A stretch of DNA of 64,000 nt from contig NW_003314297.1 in the NCBI RefSeq assembly GCF_000143415.4, forward strand, positions 62,001 through 126,000, given 5' to 3'. This document shows, piece by piece, positions 10,471 to 22,092 of this stretch. A program made the position numbers and the translations under genes. The notes beneath the pieces were generated by a model, which saw nothing but the letters and a program-made list of their open reading frames with translations, searched no databases and was not told where the DNA came from. The stretch is from Selaginella moellendorffii. Lineage: Eukaryota; Plantae; Lycopodiophyta. The stretch's first letter is position 1, and each line of letters opens with the position of its first letter.

Positions 10471-12372
10471 ATGGATCTCCAGGGCCTCGCGCGGCGCATC
10501 AGATCGTGCCGGAGCTTCGCCGAGGCGCGGGAGATCTACGCGCAGGCGCGCGCCAGCAGCGATGGATCTGCCCACTACTCCATCTCGAATCTCCTCGTCC
10601 AGATGTTTGCGAGTTGCGGCAGCGTGGAGTTCGCGAGGAGCGTTTTCGATTCGATGGCTGTCAAAGACATTGGCGCCTGGAACACGATGCTGGGTGTCTA
10701 CGTCCACGCCGGAGATCTCCACAGCGCCACACTTCTCTTCGACGACATGCCCGATAGAAATGAGATCTCGTGGACTTGCCTGCTCACTGGATTCTCGCGA
10801 AGCGGCGATCTCGATCGCGCCACCAAGCTTTTCCATGCGATGCCACAACGGGATCTAGTTTCGTGGAACGTGATGCTTTCTGCATTTGCCAAGTCTGGGC
10901 ATTTTTTAGAAGCTTTGGATCTCTTCCGATCATTTCCAGAACGTAACATTGTTACATGGAACACACTATTTTCAGCGTTTGAAAGCGCAAATCTCATAAA
11001 TCATGTCCTGGAAGCTTTTCACGCAATGCCCGAAAGAAACACACTGTCGTGGAATGCAGTTCTTGCAGCATTTGCCCAATCAGGGCATATTGAAAGTGCA
11101 AAGCAATTATTTGATGCGATGCCGGATCGCGATATGGTTTCATGGACCACACTACTTTGCGGTTTCTCCCGCGTTGGAGACGTTAAATCTGCCGAGGAGT
11201 GCTTCAAGGGGATGCCATTTCGGAACTTGGTCTCGTGGAACGCGATGCTTTCGGTGTATGTTCAAGCTGGAGAGATCACCAAAGCGGAGATCATGTTTGA
11301 GGAGATGCTCCCGGAGAGAGGAGTGGTCGCCTGGACTGTCATGCTGGGCTTGTACATTGAGCACCAGGGAGAGGATTCCACCTTTAAGGATAACTTCCTT
11401 TCGCGAATGCCGGTGAAGAACATTGTGTCGTGGAACTTGGTGCTCGTCGATCTTGCTCAGAAGAGAAAGCTCCACGAAGCCAATTGCGTCTTTGATTCCA
11501 TGCCCGAGTGGAACCTCGTGGCCTGGAATGCAATGCTCATGGCCTTCTCCCAAGAAGGCGATAGCGGGAACTTGGAAAACGCCACCATTCTCTTCCGAGC
11601 AATGCCGTGCAGGAGCTTGATCTCGTGTACGACAATGCTGGTGGGCTTCGTCCAGCACAGGAAACTCGAGCAAGCCAAGTGCCTGTTCGATCATGGCATG
11701 CCATACCACGATGCTGTTTCGTGGAATGCCATGCTTGCTGCGTATAACCAGGGCCAAGAGAGGAGAAATCTGCTGGAACTCACTGCCTTGTTCGTGGCTA
11801 TGCCAGAGAAAGACATGGTTTCCTGGACGCAAATGGTGGTGGCGTATGGACAGAAGGGATGCCTCGCAAGTTCTCTAGTACTGTTCCAGCAGATGCCGGA
11901 GAAGAAAGACTCTACTGCGTGGAATGCAATGCTTACACTGAATGCCCAAGCCGGGAACTTTGAGCAAACTTTCGGGATTTACAACGAGATGGCGATGGAT
12001 GGTTCTCGCCCTGACGAGGTCTCCTTCTCTGGAATACTTCTTGCCTGCAGCCACTGTGGCGATCTTAAAGTCGCCAAGCTTTACTTCGCTTCGATGCTGC
12101 GCGACCATTGCTTGGTGGCTACCAAAGAGCAATACGGTTGCTTGGTTGATCTTCTCAGTCGAGCTGGGCATTTAGGAGATGCTCGAGACCTCATTGCAAG
12201 CATGCCATTCGTTCCAGAGAGTGGATTCTTGACGAGCTTTGTCCGTGCTTGCCAAGGCTTGAGCGACGTGGAAGCGGGAAACCAGATTGCCGAGAAGGCC
12301 ATTCTCGGGGATCCAGGGAGTGACGCTCCTTATGTTTTGAAAGCGAGCATATTTCAGTCGAAAGGTGGCTGA
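10471..12372 (+). CDS. PLS-class PPR protein B (SS repeats, E domain, no DYW)
   Basis: 633-aa intronless ORF with 31-aa repeats, ILLACSHCG, YGCLVDLLSRAG, MPFVP and APYVLKASIF. Confidence 0.92.
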   Translation: MDLQGLARRIRSCRSFAEAREIYAQARASSDGSAHYSISNLLVQMFASCGSVEFARSVFDSMAVKDIGAWNTMLGVYVHAGDLHSATLLFDDMPDRNEISWTCLLTGFSRSGDLDRATKLFHAMPQRDLVSWNVMLSAFAKSGHFLEALDLFRSFPERNIVTWNTLFSAFESANLINHVLEAFHAMPERNTLSWNAVLAAFAQSGHIESAKQLFDAMPDRDMVSWTTLLCGFSRVGDVKSAEECFKGMPFRNLVSWNAMLSVYVQAGEITKAEIMFEEMLPERGVVAWTVMLGLYIEHQGEDSTFKDNFLSRMPVKNIVSWNLVLVDLAQKRKLHEANCVFDSMPEWNLVAWNAMLMAFSQEGDSGNLENATILFRAMPCRSLISCTTMLVGFVQHRKLEQAKCLFDHGMPYHDAVSWNAMLAAYNQGQERRNLLELTALFVAMPEKDMVSWTQMVVAYGQKGCLASSLVLFQQMPEKKDSTAWNAMLTLNAQAGNFEQTFGIYNEMAMDGSRPDEVSFSGILLACSHCGDLKVAKLYFASMLRDHCLVATKEQYGCLVDLLSRAGHLGDARDLIASMPFVPESGFLTSFVRACQGLSDVEAGNQIAEKAILGDPGSDAPYVLKASIFQSKGG

Positions 12373-12779
12373 GAAGCAGTCTTTCACTTTCTATTTCTTG
12401 TAGGAAAGCTTTGACGAGCTTTGGCATGAGTGGGCGGAAGCTTTGCAGCGATGTCGAGCTCCTGAAACTGCCTTGATCTATAGAACAAACCAAGTGCTCG
12501 AAGAAGGCCTTGTATTGTTACTTGTTAACGTTTCCATCACAGAGCTTTCCCGCTCCAGGACCTGTCTGTTATCATACAACAAAGGGCAAAAGCGAGCGAC
12601 TTTCCAACTCGAGGGAAGGTTTGGGAGAACCAGGATTGAAGCCCCAGAAGATCTGGTTTCCACAAGATCGGTGATCGGCCCTTCCACAAGATCGGGGACC
12701 GCACGAAGCGAGTAAGAGGCTCATCGAAACGAGTAAGAAGGGTGAATTTTAATGAAAGCACGTTTCCCTATATTTATCC

Positions 12780-13100
12780 AGAGATCTTATCGGCATTAAC
12801 CCTACCTGCGATGTTCCTTACGTTCTGAAAGCAAGCTCCTTTTTCTCGAAAATGGCTGCCAAACTTGTAAGCTGATACCGAACAAAAGGTTTACGTAAAA
12901 CACAGCATTGTTGCAAACGTTTTCCTTACAAGACGTTCGCCTCGTTCCAAGAGACGATGCTGCAAATGCCTAGCCTCGAGCATGAAAATCAAGCAAGCGG
13001 CCATACTCTTGCTTGCCTGACTCCACGCCGTGATCCAAGACGATCGACTTGAAGTGCCTCACACCTCTGTCCAAGTCCGGAGTGATTCCTTTGATCTTCA
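12780..13100. pseudogene. Mosaic of PPR 3'-end fragments
   Basis: 12970-13100 (-) encodes KGITPD/LDRGVRHFKSIVLDHGVE..K.EYG.LLD, nearly identical to PPR-C at ~28400-28585 with a deletion. ~12810-12860 (+) resembles the PPR-B tail (VPYVLKAS). Confidence 0.7.
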
Positions 13101-14679
13101 ACTTTGGGCGGTGATATCCCTGAGTCCAAGACAACCCCAGATTGGATTCTCCCAGTCTTTCTACATTTACATTTAATGTGTAATTATTTAGGGTCAAAAT
13201 GCTCATGTCTAGATGTGAAGTATATGCATAAATTTGTGTTGCTATGCAATTGCAAGTTTTCTTTCTCTTTTAATCTGTTTTTGAAGATGAGTTATAAATC
13301 AAATTTAAAGGGAGTGTTCATCAGTAAAAATATGACAGTTAAAACATTGACAACAATAAACTTCATACAATGTAAATACTTTGCTGTGGCTTCCATGCAG
13401 CAATGCTTAGTTTGTGTGTTTCACCTATTTATTAATCCAATTGATCAAATGGAAATTTATAATTTATAAATATAAGGATAATCTTATTTCGTAAGATTAA
13501 ACTAGAATATATTAACAAGTGTTTAGGAAAGTTTATAAATTATAAGCGTGTTTATAAATTAGAAAAAAAGATTAATCTAAATGAATACTAACCATTAGAT
13601 TCTAGAATATCCCAGAATATCCAAACATGTTCTAATTACCATACAGTTTTGCTTAAGCAAACCAAAAACCTACATGATGAAATTTAAAACAAGTTCTTGT
13701 AGCAAATAATTTTTAATTATTATTAGCACAATATGAATAAAATATTACAGACTTTAGTCAACAATATTAAATTATATATGTGGCTTGTTTCTGCAATAGA
13801 TTGGTGGAAGTCTCTTTTTCTTATATGCATTTTGATCAAATTTAGAATGAATCAAATCTTAACTGGTATAGAGGTATAATATAACAATTAACCCTTACAA
13901 CAATTTCTATACATAATTAAATCTTTCAAAAATATAAAAACCATTAAGAAATATTGCAATAACCAGGTGAAATCATAACTTCAATATCATTGACACACAA
14001 TATAGTATGAATTTTATTAGTTTTATTTGTCAATATTTAATTTCTCTCTAGATACCCCTCATTGATAAACTTACAGGTATGCCAGAGTGTGTAGCAAACT
14101 TGATACATTGTACTTTTGCTATTACAGGGGTGTTGTTTCATTTGGCGTTAAGCACATAGTGCTCCCAGCTACATACGCACACCTTACCTCTTGTATGTAC
14201 TGGGCTTGTGGTATAGTTCAGGTTTCCTTTCGATAGTCTATTCTATTTTATATTCTGTTTTGGCAGTCTTGCAGTGCCCAACAAAAAGCATGAGACTGTG
14301 CAAACAAGTTTGTAAGTTTGTTGTGGAAGTCTTCTCTCTCCCTCCATTCCCATGCTCACGTTCCTCCATCTCCCCGCGCACACCACTCTGAGGTCCTTGT
14401 CCCACCACGCTCTTGCTGAAAACTGCAGGGAAAAATTTCTTAATTTTCTATCGAAGTTCAAGTTGATTGTCAGTGTGGTTTTCATTGGACTTGACACAGC
14501 TGAAAATCTAAAGCAAATGAAAATAAAAAGAGTGGACACCTGATGGAAAAGTGCTACTTTATGTGTGTTTGGATAATACTTGCAATCCATATAACACGAT
14601 CACACCTCAGTCATATCATTCTGTTGCTTAGAACCACGTTACAAAAATTCAACTATAAATTATTTATATAATAAGACAC

Positions 14680-14853
14680 TGTGAGTGCATGGAATATGGA
14701 AAGGGAATACAGAAATGTGCATATCAATTAGCCCAAAAACCCTATCTTATATACAGGAGTGAGTGGTCCGGATTGAAACCAATCCGACAGCTACCAAAAT
14801 CCACTACGCTAATATTAGTATACGGCATCGTAGCCGTACACTTGGCCCTCACA
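14680..14853 (-). repeat. 3' LTR (TGTGAG...CTCACA), with polypurine tract at 14854-14868
   Basis: 6-bp terminal inverted repeat; GAGAGGAGGGGATGA directly precedes it on the minus strand. Confidence 0.9.
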
Positions 14854-14885
14854 TCATCCCCTCCTCTCGGAATAATGGAAGGCCG

Positions 14886-17800
14886 TCAGGGTTCTCTTGT
14901 AGATGGGCCAGGATCTGGAGGAACGTCAGGAGGAGGCATTGGCGGATCTGTAGACGGTATTAACTGCTCCTGATCCCTTTGTATGAAGCGTTTTAACCAC
15001 TGCACATGCACAATCTCCGGAGGATCGGCCTGCTGAACGTCATGCCGAACCTCATAAACTTGCAGTCTAACTTGCCGCAACACCTGATACGGTCCTTTCC
15101 ACTGCGCAAGGAGCCCCTTAGATAAACCACGTACCGTAAGATGGGGAAAACGGACTAACACCAAATCATCCACTTTGTACTCCGCAGGTGGATGATGATG
15201 GGAGTTGTAGCGCCGTTGTTGTCCCACTTGTACGCGGCCTAAGTGTTCGGCAGACTCTGCTCGGACAAGTGGAAGAATGCTTGTCAAATACTGATCCCAT
15301 GACCTAGCATCAGGAGCTCGTGGCAATCACGAAGGTAAACCCAACTCTGTTGGTAATATTGGATCATGACCATATAGAAGTTTATATGGTGAAGCACCAA
15401 TAGAACTCTGCACCCCTGTGACATAGGCATACGGAAGAGACGGCAAATAACCATCCCAATCCGAATGCTGAAAGTTCACATACTTCGAAATCATCCCTTT
15501 GAATGTCCGAACGAGCCGTTCCACCAGACCGTCTGATTGTGGATGATAAGCACTCGTAAAAGTGTGGCGTATCCCCAACCAAGATGTCAAAATATGAAAT
15601 ACCTCAACCATAAATGCAAGACCATTATCCGAAAGAATCCGCTCTAGACAAGAATGCTGGAACACCACTCGATTGAGGAGGAAGTATCCAACAGCAGTTG
15701 CAGAGGCACTAGCAAGAGCACCAACTTCCACCCAACGAGTCAAGTAGTCAGAAGCAATAATAACATACTCATTGCCAACAGTCGATCGTGGAAAAGGTCC
15801 CATAAGATCAAACGCCACAAACTCAAACGGACGGGAAACTGCAATTGACTCCAACCATCCTTCCGCAGCACAAGGGGGAGTATTACGAGCTTGGCACCAA
15901 ACGCAGCTACGCACATATCGGATAATATCACGTCGCATCTCCGGCCAATAGAAAGACCTGTGCAGCTTCTCGGTGACATGACGGTGTCCCATATGCCCAC
16001 CTAGAACAGGAGAATCATGGTAGGCATAGAGAAACCGCGGAATAAACACCGAAGGTACCACCAGTCGTAAATGATCATCAGGATCCGTCCCCACAAAATA
16101 AAGAAGGCCATCTTCAAGGCGATATTGAGAATGTAAATGCCGGAAAGGCAAGTCATTAGCAAGTGATGCAGGATTCTCAAACCCATCTCGAAGCCTTCGA
16201 ATCCACGGCTCAATCTTTTGAGCCTCGCGAACCTCCTCAAGAGAAGGCAGACCTTGCTCTGCACCCTGTGGACACTGAACGTCAAGGACAGCAACCGCCG
16301 ACGGCACAGAATCCTCATCTAGAAACTCCATAGATGCTGGAACAACAGGTTCGTCAGAATGATGAGAAGTGAGTGGAGAAGGAAGAGGAGCTCGAGAAAG
16401 GGCATCAACATCAGCCATAGAACTCCCTGGGCGATGAAAAACATCGAAATCATATATCTGAAGCTTCAAAGCCCATCGAGTCGTACGACCAACCAGGTTC
16501 TTCCGCTTCAATAATGAAGTAACAGCAGCATGGTCACCTTCAAGTAACGTCCGAGAACCATGTAGATATGCATGAAGTTTCTCGAAACCCCAGACTGCTA
16601 CTAAACACTCCTTCTCCGTCGTGGAGTAGTTCATCTCCGCTGGTTGTAATGTACGGCTTATGTATGCAATGGGATGGCACTGACCAGGCACACTCGAGCT
16701 CTCTTGCATCAACACACCTCCAAGACCAATGTCAGAAGCATCCACGCGCAAAATAAAAGGTCGAGTGTAGTTAGGATATGCCAAAACCGGAGGAGTTGTC
16801 AATAGCTCTTTGAGATCCACGAACGCCCGCTCACAATCCGGAGACCAGATGAAAGATGACGTTGATGACTTCAGCAATGCTTGCAATGGTGTAGTGCGAT
16901 CGGAAAGATGATCCACAAAACGACCAAGATACTGCACCTTACCCAAAAAGCGCTGCACATCATTCACACACTTCGGAGTAGAGAACTTTAGAACAACCAC
17001 AAGTTTGTCAGGATCAACTTGCAAACCCTCACGAGAAATACGGTACCCAAGATAAGTTGTATCCTTGGACCCAAACACGCACTTCGACCGCTTCAGCTTT
17101 AAACCAACATCGCGTAGCCGATCCAACACTTTACAAACATTACGAACGTGCTCCTCCCACATCCCCTCCGAGTGGATCAAGACATCATCAATGAAGTCAG
17201 CAGTCACCTCTGGCATATCGCAAAGAACCTCGTCCATCATCCGCTGGAAAGTTGCTGGAGCATTGTTCAAACCAAACGGCATCACCAAGAACTCGTACAA
17301 ACCAAATGGTGTACGAAAAGCAGTCTTAGGAATATCTTCTTCAGCCATTGGTACTTGCCAATACCCAGAAGCAATATCTAGCTTGGTGAACCAATGACTT
17401 TGCCTCAGACGATCCAAGAGATCAGCAATGTGAGGAAGAGGATACACATATGGGATCGTCACTTCGTTTAACGGACGATAGTTGATGCAGAAACGAATAC
17501 TCCCATCAGGCTTTGTCACAAGATGAGGTTCACATGCCCAAGGACTCCGCGACTTTCGAATAACACCCTTTTCCAGCATTTCCTTGACGTTTGCTCGTAA
17601 AATTTTGATCTCCTTAGGTGACCGACGACGAACAGGAACCTTGATTGGACGAGCATCCCCGGTGGGAATTGGATGACGTGTGGCAATCTTGGCCCCAGAT
17701 GATAGGTCAAATTCAAAGAGATCAGAATACTCCTTCATGAGCCGGTCAACTGCTGCAACACAAAGATCGTCGGAGGGATCGAAAAAGGGAAAAGCAGAAC

Positions 17801-18374
17801 AAGATGGAAAGACAGAAGGAAAGAGTGGGGAAACAAAAGTAATGGAAGCAGAGGTAGAAGTAAAGGGATGAAGAGGTATGGAAGTGAGAGGAATGGATGA
17901 AACATAAGGAAGTATGAGACAAAGGGGAGAAGCCTCAAAGTCACACTTGGCATGATTGCGCTGCAATCAATCCATACCAAGAATGAGGTCAAAAGCTTGA
18001 CTCGGCACCACCCGCAATGACTGCAACTCAAGCTCGAGATTGCCCACACGCACAACCAGGTCCACCTCATCCCGTGCACATGCATGTGTACGGCCATTGC
18101 CATAAAGAATGAAAACTGGTTCTGCCGCACGACGCAAGTGTAGACGACAACGTGTGGCAACAGGTCGAGCAATAGAAGATAAACTCGAACCTTTATCAAC
18201 CAACACGGAGAGAATAATAGAAGACTTTTTGTTATAAAAACGAGCTTGGAAAGTAAATACTGGATGAACTGGTGCCGAATGAACCCCTTGATGATACTCC
18301 CGAAAGAAAGATGGAGGGGTCACTGATTTATTCGCGCAAGGTCCCTCTGTTGCTCGCACGACTCCTCGTTTCCC
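14886..18374 (-). pseudogene. pol: pol polyprotein (protease, RT, RNase H, integrase) with premature stops
   Basis: LVDKGSS protease site (DTG altered), RT LDIASGYWQ/PFGLNNAPATFQ/FIDD, RNase H DASDIGLGGVL, integrase HHCC, SDNG, YHPQSDGLVER and GPY motifs. Confidence 0.9.
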
Positions 18375-18460
18375 GGATGCATCTCGGTGTCCAAACCTTC
18401 CACTGCAGCAGCACCCAGGGGACGTTGCTGACGCCAAGGTCTCCACCCAGGAAATGGAGG

Positions 18461-19282
18461 TCACCAATCCAGAAAACGACGGCAACGCCGATAAATATGA
18501 CCAACTTCATCACACGCCCAGCAGCGAATATCACGGCCACGACCACGTCCTCGCACTTGTCCTTGGACTCGAGCAGCAGCAGCATCAACCTCCATTGGAA
18601 CAGGACCATCACCCATAGGAAGTGGAGCGGAAGGACGTGCAGCGAGAAGTGGAAGAGGCGACGTCTCATAACGTTGTGCCAAGTGAAGAGCATTGTCAAG
18701 GGTGGCAGGAGCAAGTGCATGCACAAGTCCGACAAGATCTTGACGAAGTGCTGGCCACAACATTCCTAGCTTGATCCGCTCCGACATATTTGGCTCCGCA
18801 CGAAGCAAAAGACTTCGGAAACGAACGCCAAATTGCATCACCAACTCCGATGGCCCTTGGCGAAGACGATGCAATTGTTGGAAAGCATCATCACAATCAT
18901 CGGCATGTCCGAAGGCTCGTTTGAAAACGTCCGGGAGAACACTCCAATCCCCACGAGTAGCTGCGCTCAAACCATTGTACCACTGCAACGCCGTCCCTTG
19001 GAGACACGTGGGAAACTCACGCAACTGTCGAGCATCATCCCAAGAATGATATGTGGCAATTACCGTAAAGTGATCGAACCAATGGTACACATCATCCCCA
19101 GGATTCCCGCGAAAGAACTCCGGCCGAACGCGAGGATTGGCACCAAGAGCAGGAGGAGTTGTACCACGTGCCGTGAACGCCGCTATCAACTGAGTTTGGT
19201 TGTTCAATTGCAAGCGCATAGCATCAAGCAATTGAACCAACTGTTGCTCTAGAGTCAAAGGAGGAGATTGCGGATCGGCCAT
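18461..19282 (-). CDS. gag: Retrotransposon Gag (ends at a probably mutational TGA)
   Basis: F.G.PGDDV..W, LQGTALQWY, LRQGPSE, GPVPMEVD and CWACDEVGHIYRRC zinc knuckle. Confidence 0.85.
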   Translation of the reverse strand: MADPQSPPLTLEQQLVQLLDAMRLQLNNQTQLIAAFTARGTTPPALGANPRVRPEFFRGNPGDDVYHWFDHFTVIATYHSWDDARQLREFPTCLQGTALQWYNGLSAATRGDWSVLPDVFKRAFGHADDCDDAFQQLHRLRQGPSELVMQFGVRFRSLLLRAEPNMSERIKLGMLWPALRQDLVGLVHALAPATLDNALHLAQRYETSPLPLLAARPSAPLPMGDGPVPMEVDAAAARVQGQVRGRGRGRDIRCWACDEVGHIYRRCRRFLDW

Positions 19283-19474
19283 GAAAATGAACGAAAAAGA
19301 AAGAGCAAAAGAAGAGAAATGACAAAAAAGCTGGAAAGAAATGGTAGATCTAGACAATGCAAAAAGCTAGATCGAAACCAAAATCCTGAAAGGAAAGAAC
19401 AAAAGAAAGGAAATGGAAAAAGCTAGATCTAAACCAAAATCCCAAATCTAAGCACTCCCCAGGGACAATCAAAG

Positions 19475-19493
19475 GTGCCCCTCACCTCCACCA
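19475..19493 (-). other. Primer-binding site, tRNA-Ala-like (TGGTGGAGGTGAGGGGCAC)
   Basis: Starts 1 nt after the 5' LTR on the minus strand; resembles the complement of the tRNA-Ala 3' end (TGGTGGAGATGCGGGG). Confidence 0.7.
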
Positions 19494-19494
19494 A

Positions 19495-19667
19495 TGTGAG
19501 TGCATGGAATATGGAAAAAGAATACAAAAATGTGCATATCAATTAGCCCAAAAACCCTAGTTTATATACAAGAGCAAGTGGTCCGGATTGAAACCAATCC
19601 GACGGCTACCAAAATCCACTACGCTAATATTAGTATACGGCATCGTAGCCGTACACTTGGCCCTCAC
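19495..19667 (-). repeat. 5' LTR
   Basis: Direct repeat of 14680-14853 with about 9-10 mismatches counted by eye; the terminal A is missing. Confidence 0.9.
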
Positions 19668-19889
19668 CTGTTAACGAAAATTTCTCTTATTCCCTCCCAG
19701 ATTGTTAAACTTTATGACCTTCTAGGCAGCACACAGTCGGATTGTTAATCTTTTACAACCTTCTAGGCAGCACACAGTCGGTCAAGGGAGCAAATTTCGT
19801 ATGTGTCCATACATGCTTATCACATTAAGATCCTTGTGAGCAAAAAATCGTGAGATGAGAAAAAATTGGTGCCTATGACTACCCAAGGC

Positions 19890-21070
19890 TCAAGCCACAT
19901 AGACATTCTTCCCGGAGAAGTGCTCCGTGTACACCTCGTGCATGTAGTCCCTGTAAGTCCTGCTGCGGTACTTTTCCGGACTCTCCTGGCTCACCAGCTC
20001 TGGAATCGGGCTGATCTCCGCATCTAGTGATGGCCCCAAGAACGCCCCAACGGACAGCCTCGAGCTCTTCGAGTTCACCATCACCCTGTGCAATATGCTC
20101 TTGTATCTCCCATTGCTCAGCTTCTGATACAAGACAATCAACCAAGACAAAGATCAATCCACAGTTTCTCAAAACGTTTTCGACTGCTCGTACCTCTAGC
20201 TGATCGCCCATGTTAACCACCAGCATTCCCTCGAGTGGCCTCACATTGTACCAATCCTCGCCTTGCTTGAGCTGCAATCCCCCGACTCCATCCTGGAGCA
20301 CAAACGTGAGGCCGCCGCTGTCAGTGTGGCCTTCCATCCCCAAGGCCTGCCTCGGGTTCGGGCAAGCCGGATAGAAGTTGGCTCTCGTCAGAAGAACCAT
20401 GTCTTCGAATGCTTCCAGAAGACGGTTTGAGCGGAGGCCAAGTCCCTCGGACATGACCAACAGCATCCTCTTCCCGAGCTTGAAGATGTTTCTGGCGTAC
20501 TCGGATCCAACGTCTCTGTTGCATATAGACCATCAGCAATCTAGAGCAATACCATAATCAAGGAGCGAGATACTGACTTATAGCTGGCTGGGAACGCGGG
20601 CCAGGGGTGCGCTCCGAGGGACTCTTCCTTGAGCCACATCTGGAGGTGGTCGTGCCACTCGAGCTTCTCTTCTTTCGAAGGCATCATGCTGGTGCAGTAG
20701 CGGACGGGTGTGAAGATCTCCTCGGTGTAGTACCGCATCTTGTCCTCGCTGGGCGAGTTGAAGAACTCGAGAGCGCACCTCATCACATCCTCGGTGTGAA
20801 TGCCGTGGTTCTTGAGCTGAACAAGAAATACATCCACTTAGCAAACATGTAGTACAGGAAAAAAGTCACTTCTTGAAATCTTACATAGAACATTCCGTAC
20901 TTTGAGCAAGCGTCAACGAGATCCCTCTCGAAGCTCTCGCTCGCCACATCGACTATCGGCAGCACCGCGTACCGGGAGACATCGGCAGCTCCATTCGGCA
21001 TCATGTATCTGTCTGGAACGCTGTCCAGCGTCCCGTTGCAGCTGTCAACAAATGCCTTGATCCCAGCCAT
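19890..21070 (-). CDS. 2-oxoglutarate/Fe(II)-dependent dioxygenase (plant DOXC class), copy 1; exons 21070-20885, 20816-20578, 20515-20194, 20123-19890
   Basis: LPIVD, ACSKYGMFY|LKNHGI, NFYPACPNP, HTD, LHRV and RLS motifs (HxD...H, RxS); all introns GT-AG and in frame. Confidence 0.93.
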
Positions 21071-21514
21071 GGATGGGACTGTGAAGGCAAGAAAGCTTGA
21101 AATGGAAATCGAATGCTTGGATGCTAGGCTTTCTCAACTTTGAGATGCGGGTAGTGTCCTCCCAGTGCCCTGCTTATATAGTTGCAAAAAATAAGATTTT
21201 CAAGTGGGCAGCACGAAAATGCTAAGAACGTTACCATTGCGCCGATTCCGGATCCGCCCCCGCTCAAGACCATTTTGTGGACTTTTCCGTATCCGTGATC
21301 TGACCAGCGTCCACATGTTGCCTGCCTCGGATCCACATCAAGCGTCAAAGCTCAACTTAGTTGACCCACCACCTAGAAAAATCCATGAACCTTCGCAATT
21401 GTCACGTTTTCTAGTGTGTTTTGAGAAACGAAAAGATCGTCCACGCAAGCGACGGCTACTGCAATACGAACAAGACAAAGGCATAAAAAACGATTATTAC
21501 CTGCGAAGTCGGCA

Positions 21515-22092
21515 ATGGCTCTAGCAATGGCGAGGGAGCTCTTCTCCATCGCCAGCAATCGCTGGGTCATCGCAATGTCGGGCTTCTACCTGATAGCATG
21601 CACCGGAGGCACGCTCACCAGCTTCAGCTTGTCAACGCAGGAGCTCAAAATCTCTCTGTGTTACAAGCAGGAGTCCATCAGCTTCTTCAAGGATCTCGGT
21701 ACCAGCATGGCTTTCCTGGCCATTCGCGGTTGTGTTCCAGACTTTCTTCCAGTTCCACGTCAGCTCCTTTCTGCTCCTCCTTGGGCTTCTACCAACGTTC
21801 CTGTATCTACTGCTTAGCCTCTTCCTCGGGCCCGGGCCTGTCGTCCAGAAGTCCAGCGACAAGTACATTCTCAGCTCGTTCCTCTACCCCACCTTTGCCT
21901 TATCTCATCGTTGTCACAGTCATCGAGGGGAGCATACCGAGCAGGCTTCCAGCCTCGGTGCCTTTGGTGTTCTTTGGTTTGATGCTGCTCATCGTACTAC
22001 TTCTGGTTGTTCTGGTTGTCCAAGCTGAGCTTCGATCACATTCGAACGGTGCTGGTGTTGTCGATCAACTCCGAAGCATCCAGACACCACGA
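21515..22092 (+). pseudogene. Nodulin-like/NFD4-type MFS transporter, 5' fragment (copy 1)
   Basis: NRWVIAMSGFYLIACTGG...LCYKQES...FFKDLG N-terminus; deletions and frameshifts; paralogous to 54905-55474. Confidence 0.75.

Larger units (their letters stand above)
14680..19667 (-). mobile_element. Full-length but defective Ty3/gypsy LTR retrotransposon (~5.0 kb)
   Basis: Two ~174-bp LTRs, PBS, PPT, gag with a CX2CX4HX4C knuckle, and pol in PR-RT-RH-INT order. In-frame stops at 18461, 17967 and 15327. Confidence 0.95.

Noticed and set aside
9880-10848. 322-aa minus-strand ORF as a single gene overlapping PPR-B
   Set aside because: Only 10407-10030 has THA8-like content; the rest is antisense to PPR-B or intronic.
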